A DNA stretch of 29,531 nt from Candidatus Woesearchaeota archaeon (GCA_964493885.1 CAZBPV010000001.1:66189-95719); one strand, 5' to 3'; positions 1-9,528 are shown, counted from the stretch's first letter. The notes: generated from the letters alone by a model not told the origin. A program made the numbers and translations.

Positions 1-2195
1 CCAGTAACCCTTGAAAAGAATCCTGGTGCAGGCTCAGGAACAACTACTGGCTCTCCTTCTTGTATGCTTCTTGGAGTACTAGATTCAAGTGTTGAATATA
101 CCATGCAAGATTGTGTCTGCCCTTCTTTTAATTCATCAAAGCTTACTCCTTGTGAGCATCTAACCTCTTCCCACTCTAAACAGCTTCTGTTTTGCTCCCA
201 ATTATCACAAACACTCCATTCAGTCCATAAAGTGCAATTATATGCAGTATTACAGCTTCCTCCACCTGATGATGTTATTACCCTTGGATTAACAGTCACA
301 AATAAGGTATCTGAACTTGATGAATAATTTTGAGATGAATAATTAACTTTAATTTCATATGTACCTTGAAGCATAAAAGTATATGTTGAGACATTTGGTT
401 TTGATTCATTAACAGGTGTTATTAAAAATCCATCAACCCATAATTTTGCCTGCCCGTCTTCTGTATTAAGAACATCACTTACATTTCCTTCAATTAAAAA
501 GAATTCCATATACTCAACAGTAAGATTATCTGCAACACCATTAAGATATAATTGAACAGAGCTTGGGATTTTGTTGACCGTAGCAGAACTAATAGACTCA
601 TTATATTGATAATTTGCAGATTCTTCTAAAGAACAATTGTATTCATATGTTCCTGCACCAAGAGTTTCAGTAATTGTTTCATTAAACCCTACAGAATCTC
701 CATTTCTAGTTAGATTTCCATTACAAGTTACTGTAAATGATTCGGTATAGTCCACTTCTGTATCATTAATAGTTAATTCTATATTTTGAGAAGCTTTATT
801 AATCTGAAGCCATCCAGAAACACTGCCGTCTGTATAATTTGAACATCCGCTTGTATTATATAAATAACTTACTATGCCATATCCATAAACAGTATTATCT
901 ACATTGCCAGGAATTAAGGTATTATTTGCATATAACTCATAAACACAATCATCATCTCCAGTATTTGTTTCTGTTCCCTGGAAATCAGAAGCAGTTCCAT
1001 AAACAATAGGTGAAGTTCCGGTTACACTCATTCCATCTTTAGGAGATATCTTATTTATAATAAGAGTGCCATTAATACTTGCTTCTGTATAATTCTGGTT
1101 TCCTGATGTATTATAAACATAAACATAACTGCCTACCCCAAGTGTCTGAGTATCAGGAGCAGTAACTGATTCATCATTTCTATATAATTTGCAAGTTAAT
1201 TGAGTAGGGCAACTTACAACAATTTCAGTCTCTATCAAATAATCTTCATTCCAAGTAGGAAGAGCATCTAAACTTAAAATTGGATATGCTTTGTCAACAG
1301 TGTAACTTAATGTTCCAGTTGAATTGCTATTTCCTGCATTATCATTTGCACTCCATGAATAATCATAATCTCCAGCTGCTAAATCACTTACATTTGCATA
1401 ATACATATTCCCTACATTTACTACACCATAGCCAGTTCCTTCAAATTCAAAAACAACACTGCCACTATCTACTCCACTTAAAGAATCATCCCACTGGATA
1501 CTGAATGTATAATCTTTTCCTTCTCCATAAACATTATCTGAAGTATTAATATTTGAGAAATATGCAGGGGTATGATCTAGAATGACAATTCCACTCATAA
1601 CAGAAAGATGTCCTAAAGTATCATTCGCCCTAATAGTATAAGTATAATTACCATCTCCTACTGAACCAGCACTTGGATATCTAAAGATCTCTGTAATCCC
1701 ATCTGAATATGGCCTAGTTTCTGTTATTGAACTAACCGAAGTGACTGTAAACATTATAGTATTTGGATTTGTTTCTGTAACACTGGTATTAACATTAAAA
1801 TAATCTTGTTGTAGAAAAATAGGATTTAAGACAGGAGAAATAATAATTATTTTAGGTGCAATGCTGTCAACCCAGAAATCAATCTCACCAACATCTGTTG
1901 TTCCTATACTATCATTAACTTTTATTTTCCAATTATTATCTCCTTCCAAAGAAGTAATTCCAGTTAGGGGATTATTGCTACAATTAAAATTTTCCCAATC
2001 ATCTAAATTTAATTTATACCAGCAAAAATCAGTTGTAGAATTTAATGTCCCTCCAAAACTCCAATTAATAATTGCAATAGTATCATTATAATTAGTATTT
2101 TCAGGATAAGTTATGTTTACACTGCTTGGCAAGGCACTAACCATCCCTAAGATTAATATTAACCCCAAAAACAAAAATAATTTTTTTGACACCAT
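1..2195 (-). CDS. Secreted surface/adhesin-like protein. The 5' end is complete and the 3' end runs off the left edge (at least 731 aa). Missing from the supplied ORF track.
   Basis: ATG at 2195-2193 with an in-frame upstream stop at 2226-2228. I scanned every minus-frame codon (plus-strand triplets starting at positions divisible by 3) from 2195 to 1 and found no tta/cta/tca. The N-terminus MVSKKLFLFLGLILILGMVSALPSS looks like a signal peptide. The body is beta-rich and dense in N-x-S/T sequons, with repeated ..AND(T/N)xG.. segments. The last visible part carries the Cys/Trp motif CNTAYNCTLWTEWSVCDNWEQNRSC. Confidence 0.8.
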   Translation of the reverse strand, partial: MVSKKLFLFLGLILILGMVSALPSSVNITYPENTNYNDTIAIINWSFGGTLNSTTDFCWYKLNLDDWENFNCSNNPLTGITSLEGDNNWKIKVNDSIGTTDVGEIDFWVDSIAPKIIIISPVLNPIFLQQDYFNVNTSVTETNPNTIMFTVTSVSSITETRPYSDGITEIFRYPSAGSVGDGNYTYTIRANDTLGHLSVMSGIVILDHTPAYFSNINTSDNVYGEGKDYTFSIQWDDSLSGVDSGSVVFEFEGTGYGVVNVGNMYYANVSDLAAGDYDYSWSANDNAGNSNSTGTLSYTVDKAYPILSLDALPTWNEDYLIETEIVVSCPTQLTCKLYRNDESVTAPDTQTLGVGSYVYVYNTSGNQNYTEASINGTLIINKISPKDGMSVTGTSPIVYGTASDFQGTETNTGDDDCVYELYANNTLIPGNVDNTVYGYGIVSYLYNTSGCSNYTDGSVSGWLQINKASQNIELTINDTEVDYTESFTVTCNGNLTRNGDSVGFNETITETLGAGTYEYNCSLEESANYQYNESISSATVNKIPSSVQLYLNGVADNLTVEYMEFFLIEGNVSDVLNTEDGQAKLWVDGFLITPVNESKPNVSTYTFMLQGTYEIKVNYSSQNYSSSSDTLFVTVNPRVITSSGGGSCNTAYNCTLWTEWSVCDNWEQNRSCLEWEEVRCSQGVSFDELKEGQTQSCMVYSTLESSTPRSIQEGEPVVVPEPAPGFFSRVT

Positions 2196-2250
2196 CTTTT
2201 CGTATATAAAATAATTAAACTCTATTTATAAAGTTTATTCTAATCAATTA

Positions 2251-3090
2251 TTATCTAAATGATTTGCTGATATTTGTTCCCCAGAATGAAGGAAGTGGGT
2301 TAGAAACAAATCCATTGAAATCTCCAGAGAAAATATGAGTTAATCCTGGCTCATCTTTGAATTCTTCAAAATGCTCTGAAGCATCATCATATATTTTTTG
2401 TATTATTTTTCTTTCAAAATTCTTCTGAAGCAAGGAACTTGGCTTTAAAATTAAAAAATCTGCCTGCCTTAGTATATTAATATCTAGATTAGAAGAATTC
2501 TGTGAAATAAATAAAATTGTAAGATTTTTATGTCTGGCAATTAATATTAAGTCACTAAGCAATTTATTTGCATTGCTCATAGAATCCCTAGAATTAAATA
2601 AAATTCCACCCTCATCTATCAGTATTATAGAATTATTTCCTATTTCTTCTATTGTATTAACAACTGTAATCCAATTAGGCATTTCATCTGGATTAAATCC
2701 CATTGCATAGCACTTCTTTTTTGTTTTTGCACGGGAATTCTCTAAAAACTTCATACCAAATGCAGTCTTTCCTGTTCCTCTTGCCCCAATAATAACCCCA
2801 ATCTTTGAATCAGACTTATTTACTCCTTCTTCCCACTGAAGATAATTACCTTCTTTAGTATGAACAATCTTGAAGTTTTCATAAAAAGGAATCATTTGCT
2901 CTCTTTTTTGCTTAACTTGTTTTTTCCTTGAACTTTCCTCAACTTTGTCAGCAGTATATTTAGTTGCCTTGTAAATTCCCTTACCAATATAATACGGAGT
3001 TTTCATAAGAAACCATAACCCTTTTCCAATTGTTCCTAAAGCAGAGCCTTTATTTTCTTGTTTTTTCTTGCTCACTTTCTTCTTTGCCAT
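2251..3090 (-). CDS. Small P-loop NTPase, FtsK/HerA/Zot-like by motif pattern
   Basis: 279-aa ORF with an ATG start. Walker A is GARGTGKT and Walker B is SIILIDEGG. These are followed by ARHKNLTILFISQNSSNLDINILRQADFLILKP, which resembles the GRK..Q segment of HerA/FtsK-type ATPases. The N-terminus is Lys-rich. Confidence 0.6.
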   Translation of the reverse strand: MAKKKVSKKKQENKGSALGTIGKGLWFLMKTPYYIGKGIYKATKYTADKVEESSRKKQVKQKREQMIPFYENFKIVHTKEGNYLQWEEGVNKSDSKIGVIIGARGTGKTAFGMKFLENSRAKTKKKCYAMGFNPDEMPNWITVVNTIEEIGNNSIILIDEGGILFNSRDSMSNANKLLSDLILIARHKNLTILFISQNSSNLDINILRQADFLILKPSSLLQKNFERKIIQKIYDDASEHFEEFKDEPGLTHIFSGDFNGFVSNPLPSFWGTNISKSFR

Positions 3091-3157
3091 ATATTATAGT
3101 AAAATCGGAATTATAAAAACCTTTTTAAACCACTAAATATAATCTTCTAAGCTTAAA

Positions 3158-3613
3158 ATGAACAGATTTGACCAATATCTAAATAAAAAAGAATCAGACT
3201 ATGTTGAGCTAGTTTCATCTCTAGAAAAAAGAGCAAAAAAAGGAATTGATCTTTCAGATGAAGAAGTAAATAGATTAGATAGTTATTCTAAAAACATAAG
3301 AATTGCAAGAGATTTATCAGAAAAACACGAATTTAATAAAAAAATATCAGATACTGAATTAAGAATAATTAATTCAGAAATAGAAATAATCAGAGAAGAT
3401 GAAGTTTATAATCAATTGCTTAAATCAATTTTTGATTCATGTTCTTTACCTAGAGAAGAATCAGATTATGTTATTGAAAGACTTTTTGAATTTAGGGCTA
3501 AAATAGAGGAAAGAACAATGGGAAGAGATTTGTATATGGCAATTTCTACCTCTGCTCCAAAAGATATTATTAATGTTCTTTTAAGCCAATACTCTAAGAA
3601 TAAAATTGCTTAG
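3158..3613 (+). CDS. Hypothetical alpha-helical protein (151 aa)
   Basis: ATG-started ORF, divergent from the ATPase gene. Charged helical composition with no recognisable motif. Confidence 0.5.
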   Translation: MNRFDQYLNKKESDYVELVSSLEKRAKKGIDLSDEEVNRLDSYSKNIRIARDLSEKHEFNKKISDTELRIINSEIEIIREDEVYNQLLKSIFDSCSLPREESDYVIERLFEFRAKIEERTMGRDLYMAISTSAPKDIINVLLSQYSKNKIA

Positions 3614-3647
3614 TAAATATCTTAATAAACCCAATAATGGTGGCATT

Positions 3648-3657
3648 TTTATATAAA
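3648..3657 (+). promoter_or_regulatory. TATA box (tttatataaa) for the lhr-like gene
   Basis: AT-rich box centred about 27 nt upstream of the ATG at 3679, which is archaeal promoter spacing for a leaderless or short-leader transcript. Confidence 0.45.
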
Positions 3658-3678
3658 GCACTTATTTTTCTTTAGAAA

Positions 3679-6255
3679 ATGACAGAAATCTATGAAGTCA
3701 GTGAAAGAAAAGACAGCGACATAGCCGAGATACTGCATCCTCTTGTTAAAGAATGGTTTTTTTCTAAATTCCAGGAGTTTTCTCTTACTCAGAGATACGG
3801 AGTTATGAGTATCTGGGAAAGAAAAGACATCTTGATTTCAGCTCCAACAGGAGGAACAAAAACACTTACAGCTTTCCTATCTATTCTTAATTATCTTATT
3901 ATGCTTGCAGAAAAAAACGAACTTGAAGATAAAATCTATGCGGTTTACACTTCTCCATTAAAAGCTCTTACAAATGATATTCATAAAAATTTAGTTGAGC
4001 CTCTTCAGGAAATTTATGAACTTGCAGAAAAAAAGAAAATAAAACTTCAAAAAATTCGTGTTGGACTTAGAACAGGAGACACAACAACTTCTGAAAGAGC
4101 TAAAATGGCAAAAAATCCTCCGCATATATTTATTACAACTCCAGAATCTCTCGCAATAATACTAACAACAAAAAAATTTGTAGATAATCTAAAGTATCTT
4201 GAGTTTTGCATTGTTGATGAGATTCACGCTCTTGATAATAAAAGAGGAACTTACCTAAGCCTGAGTCTTGAAAGACTTAATGAAGTAAGTAATATCTATC
4301 CTGTTAAAATAGGATTATCAGCAACTATTGAACCACTAGATGAAGTTGCCAAGTTTCTTACAGGGATAGATGATGAAAGAAGAGTTGGAATAGCAAATGT
4401 GCCTCTAAATAAAAAAATAAATATCTCTGTTTTAACTCCTGTTGAAGATTTAATTGAAGGAGAAGGAATAAATGATAAATTATACTCTCTTCTTGATAAA
4501 TTAATCAAAGAGCATAAAACCACTTTAATTTTTACAAACACTCGTTCAGCAACAGAAAGAGTTGTAAATCATCTTAAGGAAAAATTTCCAACAGAATACG
4601 GAGATGATAATATTGCAGCTCATCACTCTTCTTTAAGCAAGACTCATAGATTTGATATAGAAGAGAGATTGCGAGACGGCAAATTAAAAGTTGTTGTCTG
4701 TTCAACTTCTTTAGAACTTGGAATTGATATTGGATATATTGATTTAGTAATAATGATAGGAAGTCCAAAATCTTCAGCAAGAGCTCTTCAAAGAATAGGG
4801 AGAGCCGGGCACAGGCTTCACGAGACTGCTAAAGGAGTTTTTATTGTAATGGATAGAGATGATTTAGTTGAGTGCAGTGTAATACAAAAAGAAATGTTTG
4901 AAAGAAAAATAAATAAAATAAGATTTCCTAAAAATGCTTTAGATGTTCTTTCTCAGCAAATTTACGGAATGGCTATTTACAAAATCTGGAATATTGAAGA
5001 GATGTTTTCATTAATTAAAAAAAGCTATTGTTATAATGCCTTGTCAAGAAGTGATTTCCTGGATGTTATAAGTTATCTTTCAGGAGAATACTTGCTTGAA
5101 AAAAATTATGTTTACGGAAAAATTTGGTATGATAAGGAAAACAGTCAGATTGGAAAAAAGGGAAAAATGGCGCGAGTTCTTTACATGACTAATATTGGAA
5201 CAATTCCTGAAGAATCTTTTGTGACAGTTAAACTTGCCCCAAGCCAAGAGCCAGTCGGAGCAATTGATGAAACTTTCCTTGGAAGAATGAAAAAAGGAGA
5301 TGTTTTTGTTTTAGGAGGGAAAAAATATATGTATCTTTATACTCGTGGCATGAATCTTTATGTAAGAGGAGATATTCAGCGTGCTCCAACAATCCCCTCG
5401 TGGTTTTCAGAGATGCTCCCACTAAGCTTTGATTCTGCTATTGAAGTAAATAAATTCAGGACTTTTTTAAAAGAAAGAATTGAATCAAAACAAAAAAAAC
5501 ACGAGATTCTTCAGTTTATCTCAGATTATCTATATGTAAATCAAGGAACAGCTAAAGCAATTTATGATTACTTTATTGAACAGGCTAATTTTCTTGAAAT
5601 CCCAGATTCAAAAACCATCTTAATTGAAAGATACAAATCTGATAAGAATTATCTTATATTCCATAGTATGTATGGAAGAAGAGTTAATGATGCCTTGTCA
5701 CGAGCAATTGCATATCTTCTAGCAACTACTAAAAAGCGTGATGTTGAGATTGGAATAAATGATAATGGGTTCTTTTTAGCAGGAGCAAAAATAAATCTTG
5801 AAGCTGTTCTAAACAAATTAAAAACAATAGATTTGCAAAAAACTCTCAAGGAAGCAATAGACAGAACAGATGTATTAGCAAGAAGATTCAGGCACTGTGC
5901 TACACGTTCTCTAATGATTTTAAGAAGCTATAAAGGAAGGAGCAAGACAGTTGGAAAACAGCAGATGAAATCTCATTTCCTGATGTCAGCACTAAGAAAA
6001 ATAACAAATGAATTTCCTATTTTAAGAGAAGCTAGAAGAGAGGTTTTAGAGGATTTAATGGATATAGAAAATGCAAAAAAAGTCTTGGAATTAATTAAGC
6101 AAGGAAAAATTAAGGTAAAAGTTAAGGATACTATTCTTCCTTCTCCATTTGCATTGAATTTAATTATACAGGGGCAGGCTGACTTGATTAAAATAGAGGA
6201 TAAACAGGCATTTTTAAAGAGAATGTATGAACTGCATGTTAAGGCAATATCTTAG
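3679..6255 (+). CDS. lhr: Lhr-type (Lhr-core) superfamily 2 ATP-dependent DNA helicase
   Basis: 858 aa. Motif I is APTGGTKT, motif II is VDEIH (DExH) and motif VI is QRIGRAGHR. The N-terminal FxLTxxQ element and a long C-terminal winged-helix/DEAD-associated region (..ARRFRHCATRSLMILR..) are typical of Lhr. Confidence 0.9.
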   Translation: MTEIYEVSERKDSDIAEILHPLVKEWFFSKFQEFSLTQRYGVMSIWERKDILISAPTGGTKTLTAFLSILNYLIMLAEKNELEDKIYAVYTSPLKALTNDIHKNLVEPLQEIYELAEKKKIKLQKIRVGLRTGDTTTSERAKMAKNPPHIFITTPESLAIILTTKKFVDNLKYLEFCIVDEIHALDNKRGTYLSLSLERLNEVSNIYPVKIGLSATIEPLDEVAKFLTGIDDERRVGIANVPLNKKINISVLTPVEDLIEGEGINDKLYSLLDKLIKEHKTTLIFTNTRSATERVVNHLKEKFPTEYGDDNIAAHHSSLSKTHRFDIEERLRDGKLKVVVCSTSLELGIDIGYIDLVIMIGSPKSSARALQRIGRAGHRLHETAKGVFIVMDRDDLVECSVIQKEMFERKINKIRFPKNALDVLSQQIYGMAIYKIWNIEEMFSLIKKSYCYNALSRSDFLDVISYLSGEYLLEKNYVYGKIWYDKENSQIGKKGKMARVLYMTNIGTIPEESFVTVKLAPSQEPVGAIDETFLGRMKKGDVFVLGGKKYMYLYTRGMNLYVRGDIQRAPTIPSWFSEMLPLSFDSAIEVNKFRTFLKERIESKQKKHEILQFISDYLYVNQGTAKAIYDYFIEQANFLEIPDSKTILIERYKSDKNYLIFHSMYGRRVNDALSRAIAYLLATTKKRDVEIGINDNGFFLAGAKINLEAVLNKLKTIDLQKTLKEAIDRTDVLARRFRHCATRSLMILRSYKGRSKTVGKQQMKSHFLMSALRKITNEFPILREARREVLEDLMDIENAKKVLELIKQGKIKVKVKDTILPSPFALNLIIQGQADLIKIEDKQAFLKRMYELHVKAIS

Positions 6256-6305
6256 AAATGTAGAGCCGAAACATTTATAAGGCAGGTGATATATATTTAT
6301 TTCAT

Positions 6306-6830
6306 ATGATACAAAATTATAGCAGATATAGGATTTTGCAGGAGTTCTTTAACAATCCTTTGAAAGATTTTCAGATTCGTGAGCTTTCCAGAATAGCAGA
6401 ATTAGCTCAACCCTCTGTTACAAACCATCTAAATGCTTTGCTCAAGGAAAACCTAATCCTTAAGGAGAAAAAAGGGATTTACCCTACATTTAGGGCAAAT
6501 AGAGAAGATGAGATGTTTAAATTTTATAAGAAAATGGACACTCTCTTAAGGTTAAAGCAAACTGGAGTTTTGGAATATATTTATGATTCATGCATGCCTG
6601 ATTCAATAATCTTATTTGGTTCTGCATCAAAAGGAGAAGATATTGCAGAAAGTGATATAGATATATTTGTTCAATCTCCAGATAAAAAACTCTCGCTTGA
6701 AAAGTATGAAAAGGCACTCAATAGAAAGATTACTCTGTTCTTTGAAGGGAATTTCTCAAGACTTAGTAAGGAACTGAAAAACAACATATTAAATGGGATA
6801 ATCATTAGAGGATATCTAAAAGTATTCTAA
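6306..6830 (+). CDS. Winged-HTH plus minimal nucleotidyltransferase (MNT-type) protein
   Basis: The N-terminal segment FQIRELSRIAELAQPSVTNHLNALLKENLI resembles an ArsR-like wHTH. The NTase signature is FGSASKGEDIAESDIDIFV (GS..DxD). The stop lies 1 nt before the next gene. Confidence 0.8.
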   Translation: MIQNYSRYRILQEFFNNPLKDFQIRELSRIAELAQPSVTNHLNALLKENLILKEKKGIYPTFRANREDEMFKFYKKMDTLLRLKQTGVLEYIYDSCMPDSIILFGSASKGEDIAESDIDIFVQSPDKKLSLEKYEKALNRKITLFFEGNFSRLSKELKNNILNGIIIRGYLKVF

Positions 6831-6831
6831 A

Positions 6832-7230
6832 ATGGATTTAATAAAAATAACTCCAGACAAGGAAAGGGCAAGGAGCATAATAAATATGGTTTCTTTAGTT
6901 GAAGAGAGAATAAAACTTCAGGATAAACAGAGAATGTCTGCACTTATAATCGCAGATTATTATGAGATAATAAAAGAGCTCATCACAGCAGTTCTTTTGA
7001 TTGATGGATATAAAACTTTAAGTCACAAGGATTTAATTGATTATTTAAAGGAAAATTATTCTGAATTCAACTTGCAAGAAGTATCAATTCTGGATAATTT
7101 AAGAATTCTGAGAAATAGAATAACCTATGAAGGATTTCTTGTTGAACCCATTTATCTTGATAGAAATGAAACTATTTTCAAGCAACTAATTAGTAAGCTA
7201 AAAAAATTAATTTCTCAGAAATTAAAGTAG
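6832..7230 (+). CDS. HEPN-domain-like partner of the nucleotidyltransferase
   Basis: 132-aa all-helical ORF packed directly against the MNT gene (TAAAATG junction), which is the usual MNT-HEPN arrangement. The motif region reads LRNRITYEG, so the canonical Rx4-6H histidine is absent. Confidence 0.55.
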   Translation: MDLIKITPDKERARSIINMVSLVEERIKLQDKQRMSALIIADYYEIIKELITAVLLIDGYKTLSHKDLIDYLKENYSEFNLQEVSILDNLRILRNRITYEGFLVEPIYLDRNETIFKQLISKLKKLISQKLK

Positions 7231-7333
7231 AGTTTTGTGTCGTAATCTTCTAAAACCAAACCATTATAAACCATCAATATTGTTAGAATGATATAATTAG
7301 AGAAAGAATAGGTTATCTTTTTCTTAGTTTAAT

Positions 7334-8650
7334 ATGGAAAAGTTTAGAAAACTTGGTTTAATAGAGCCGATTATTAAATCAATTCAAGAACAGGAATTTA
7401 CTGAGCCGTCAGAAATACAGGAAAAAACAATTCCTTTAATTTTAGAAGGCAAAGATGTTATAGCAGGAGCTGCAACAGGTTCAGGAAAAACTCTTGCTTT
7501 TGCTTCAGGAATAATCAAAAATGTAGATTCTGGGAAAGGAATTCAGGCATTAGTACTCACTCCAACACGAGAATTAGCTAATCAAGTTGCAGGTGCCATT
7601 TACAAATTCTCAGAATATAAAGAATTAGATGTTTGTTCAATTTACGGAGGAGTCTCACTAAATCCTCAGATAAATCAATTACGAAGAGCTGATGTTGTTG
7701 TAGGAACTCCTGGGAGAATCTTAGATCATTTGGGAAGAAGAACGATTGACTTAAGAAAAGTAAAGATACTGGTTTTAGATGAAGCAGATAGAATGTTGGA
7801 TATGGGTTTTCTAAGAGATGTGGCAAGAATAATCTCAAGCTGCCCTACAAATAGGCAGACATTATTATTTTCAGCAACAATCTCTCACGGGGTATTTCAA
7901 TTGGCAAAAAAATATATGAAAGAGCCTATAGAAATAGCTGCAGAATCTTATGTTGACCCAACTAAATTAAAGCAGGTTTTTTATGAAGTTGAGCCAAGTG
8001 AAAAGTTTTCTCTATTGCTTCATTTCCTAAAAAATGAAAAAGCAGGTTCAGTAATGGTTTTTTGCAATACTAAAAGAACAACAGATGTTGTTGCAAGAAA
8101 CTTAAATGAGTTTGGAGTAGAAGCACTTGCAATTCATGGAGGATACTCTCAAGAAAAAAGAAACAGAACAATGCAAAACTTTCACGCAAAAAATGTTTTA
8201 GTAATGGTTTGCACTGATGTTGCAGCACGAGGCTTGGATATTAAGGGAGTTTCTCATATTTACAATTATGAATCTCCAAAAGATAGCAAAGAATATATCC
8301 ATAGAATTGGAAGAACTGCAAGAGCAGGAAAAGAAGGAAAAGTAGTTAATATTATTGCTCAATCAGATTACGAGAATTTCAGAAAAATCCTTTATAATTC
8401 AGAGATAAAAATTTCTAGAGAAGAGAATCCTGAATTTGAAAGAGTGCGGGCTAATTTTAGGCCTCAGTATACTATTCGAAGAAGATTCAGCCAGAATAGG
8501 AGACCTGGCAGACGAGACAGCAGAGGAGACAGCCGAGGAAATAACAGAAGAGGAATGTCCCGTTCTAGTAGATTTGGTGGTAATAGAAGCAACACTAACA
8601 GAAGATTTTCTCGAAACAGAAGCAGTTCATCTGGGTTTAGAAGACAATAA
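7334..8650 (+). CDS. DEAD-box RNA helicase with an Arg/Ser/Gly-rich C-terminal tail
   Basis: Q-motif region FTEPSEIQ, motif I AGAATGSGKT, PTRELA, TPGR, DEAD, SAT, ARGLD and HRIGRTARAG. The last ~65 aa are RRFSQNRRPGRRDSRGDSRGNNRRG.... Confidence 0.93.
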   Translation: MEKFRKLGLIEPIIKSIQEQEFTEPSEIQEKTIPLILEGKDVIAGAATGSGKTLAFASGIIKNVDSGKGIQALVLTPTRELANQVAGAIYKFSEYKELDVCSIYGGVSLNPQINQLRRADVVVGTPGRILDHLGRRTIDLRKVKILVLDEADRMLDMGFLRDVARIISSCPTNRQTLLFSATISHGVFQLAKKYMKEPIEIAAESYVDPTKLKQVFYEVEPSEKFSLLLHFLKNEKAGSVMVFCNTKRTTDVVARNLNEFGVEALAIHGGYSQEKRNRTMQNFHAKNVLVMVCTDVAARGLDIKGVSHIYNYESPKDSKEYIHRIGRTARAGKEGKVVNIIAQSDYENFRKILYNSEIKISREENPEFERVRANFRPQYTIRRRFSQNRRPGRRDSRGDSRGNNRRGMSRSSRFGGNRSNTNRRFSRNRSSSSGFRRQ

Positions 8651-8685
8651 TAGATATCGAAATTTTTAAAAACAATTAGTTTCAT

Positions 8686-9426
8686 ATGAGAGCAATGAAA
8701 TACAAATTCATTCAAGAAACTTTATATTTCCCTGAAAATGGAATTCTTGTAATTGGGGATTTACATTTAGGTTATGAGCATCAATTAATTCAATCTGGAG
8801 TTCTAACTCCTAAGATGGAAACTGAAAGAGTGATTAATGAATTAAGAAATATAATTCTTGAAATAAAAGAATCAAAACAAAAACCAGACAAGATAATTTT
8901 TATTGGAGATATAAAACATAGCTTTGACTTTCAATATGAAGAAAAATTCATTTTCAAGGAAGTTCTTGAATTCTTAAGTCAGTATTTTAAATCAAAGAAT
9001 ATTATTTTTATTAGAGGAAATCATGATACAATAGATTTTACTTATGGTGATATGAAAGATTATTACATTGAAGATGATATTGCCTTTGTTCACGGTAATA
9101 AATCATTTCCTGAAATCTATGATAAAAAAATAAAAATGATTGTAATGGGGCACATTCATCCAAGTGTTGTATTTCATGACCCAGACACTTCAAAAAAAGA
9201 AAAATACAAGTGCTTTTTAATTGGAAAATTCAACAAAAAGCAAATAATAATCCTTCCAAGTTTTCTTGGAATTTCAATGGGAAGCCCAATAAATGAATAT
9301 GCAGATGCTTATAATGATGAATTTTCAATAATACCAAAGAAACAGCTGCTAAAATTCAATGTTTTTGTTATAGGAAAAGATAAAGTGTATGAATTCAAGA
9401 AAGTTAGGGATTTACTTGAAGTTTAA
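8686..9426 (+). CDS. Metallophosphoesterase, archaeal SbcD/Mre11-related type
   Basis: Calcineurin-like motifs occur in the expected order: GDLHLG, GDIKH, GNHD, GHIH. Confidence 0.85.
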   Translation: MRAMKYKFIQETLYFPENGILVIGDLHLGYEHQLIQSGVLTPKMETERVINELRNIILEIKESKQKPDKIIFIGDIKHSFDFQYEEKFIFKEVLEFLSQYFKSKNIIFIRGNHDTIDFTYGDMKDYYIEDDIAFVHGNKSFPEIYDKKIKMIVMGHIHPSVVFHDPDTSKKEKYKCFLIGKFNKKQIIILPSFLGISMGSPINEYADAYNDEFSIIPKKQLLKFNVFVIGKDKVYEFKKVRDLLEV

Positions 9427-9528
9427 AAAGCAAGCCAAATAAAAAGAAGGTTGTTGCTGAGGAAGAGTATTTAGAACTATAATTCCTGCTAATAATCTAT
9501 TGAAATGATTTTTTAAGAGGAATAAATT

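Noticed and set aside
64-2091. Plus-strand track ORFs 64-327, 1280-1504 and 1861-2091
   Set aside because: They lie antisense inside the long uninterrupted minus-strand surface-protein frame (1-2195). Their translations are low-complexity (Leu/His/Gln runs) and show no motifs.
4296-5849. Minus-strand ORFs 4296-4541, 4574-4780, 5228-5422 and 5649-5849
   Set aside because: They are antisense to the strongly supported lhr gene. They are short and hydrophobic/low-complexity, as expected from an AT-rich antisense frame.
6517-6717. Minus-strand 66-aa ORF inside the nucleotidyltransferase gene
   Set aside because: It is antisense to a motif-supported CDS and has no features of its own.
7578-8715. 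ORFs 7578-7838 (-), 8436-8669 (+) and 8464-8715 (-)
   Set aside because: They overlap the DEAD-box helicase gene in alternate or antisense frames. 8436-8669 is the acidic mirror frame of the Arg-rich tail, which is a compositional artefact.
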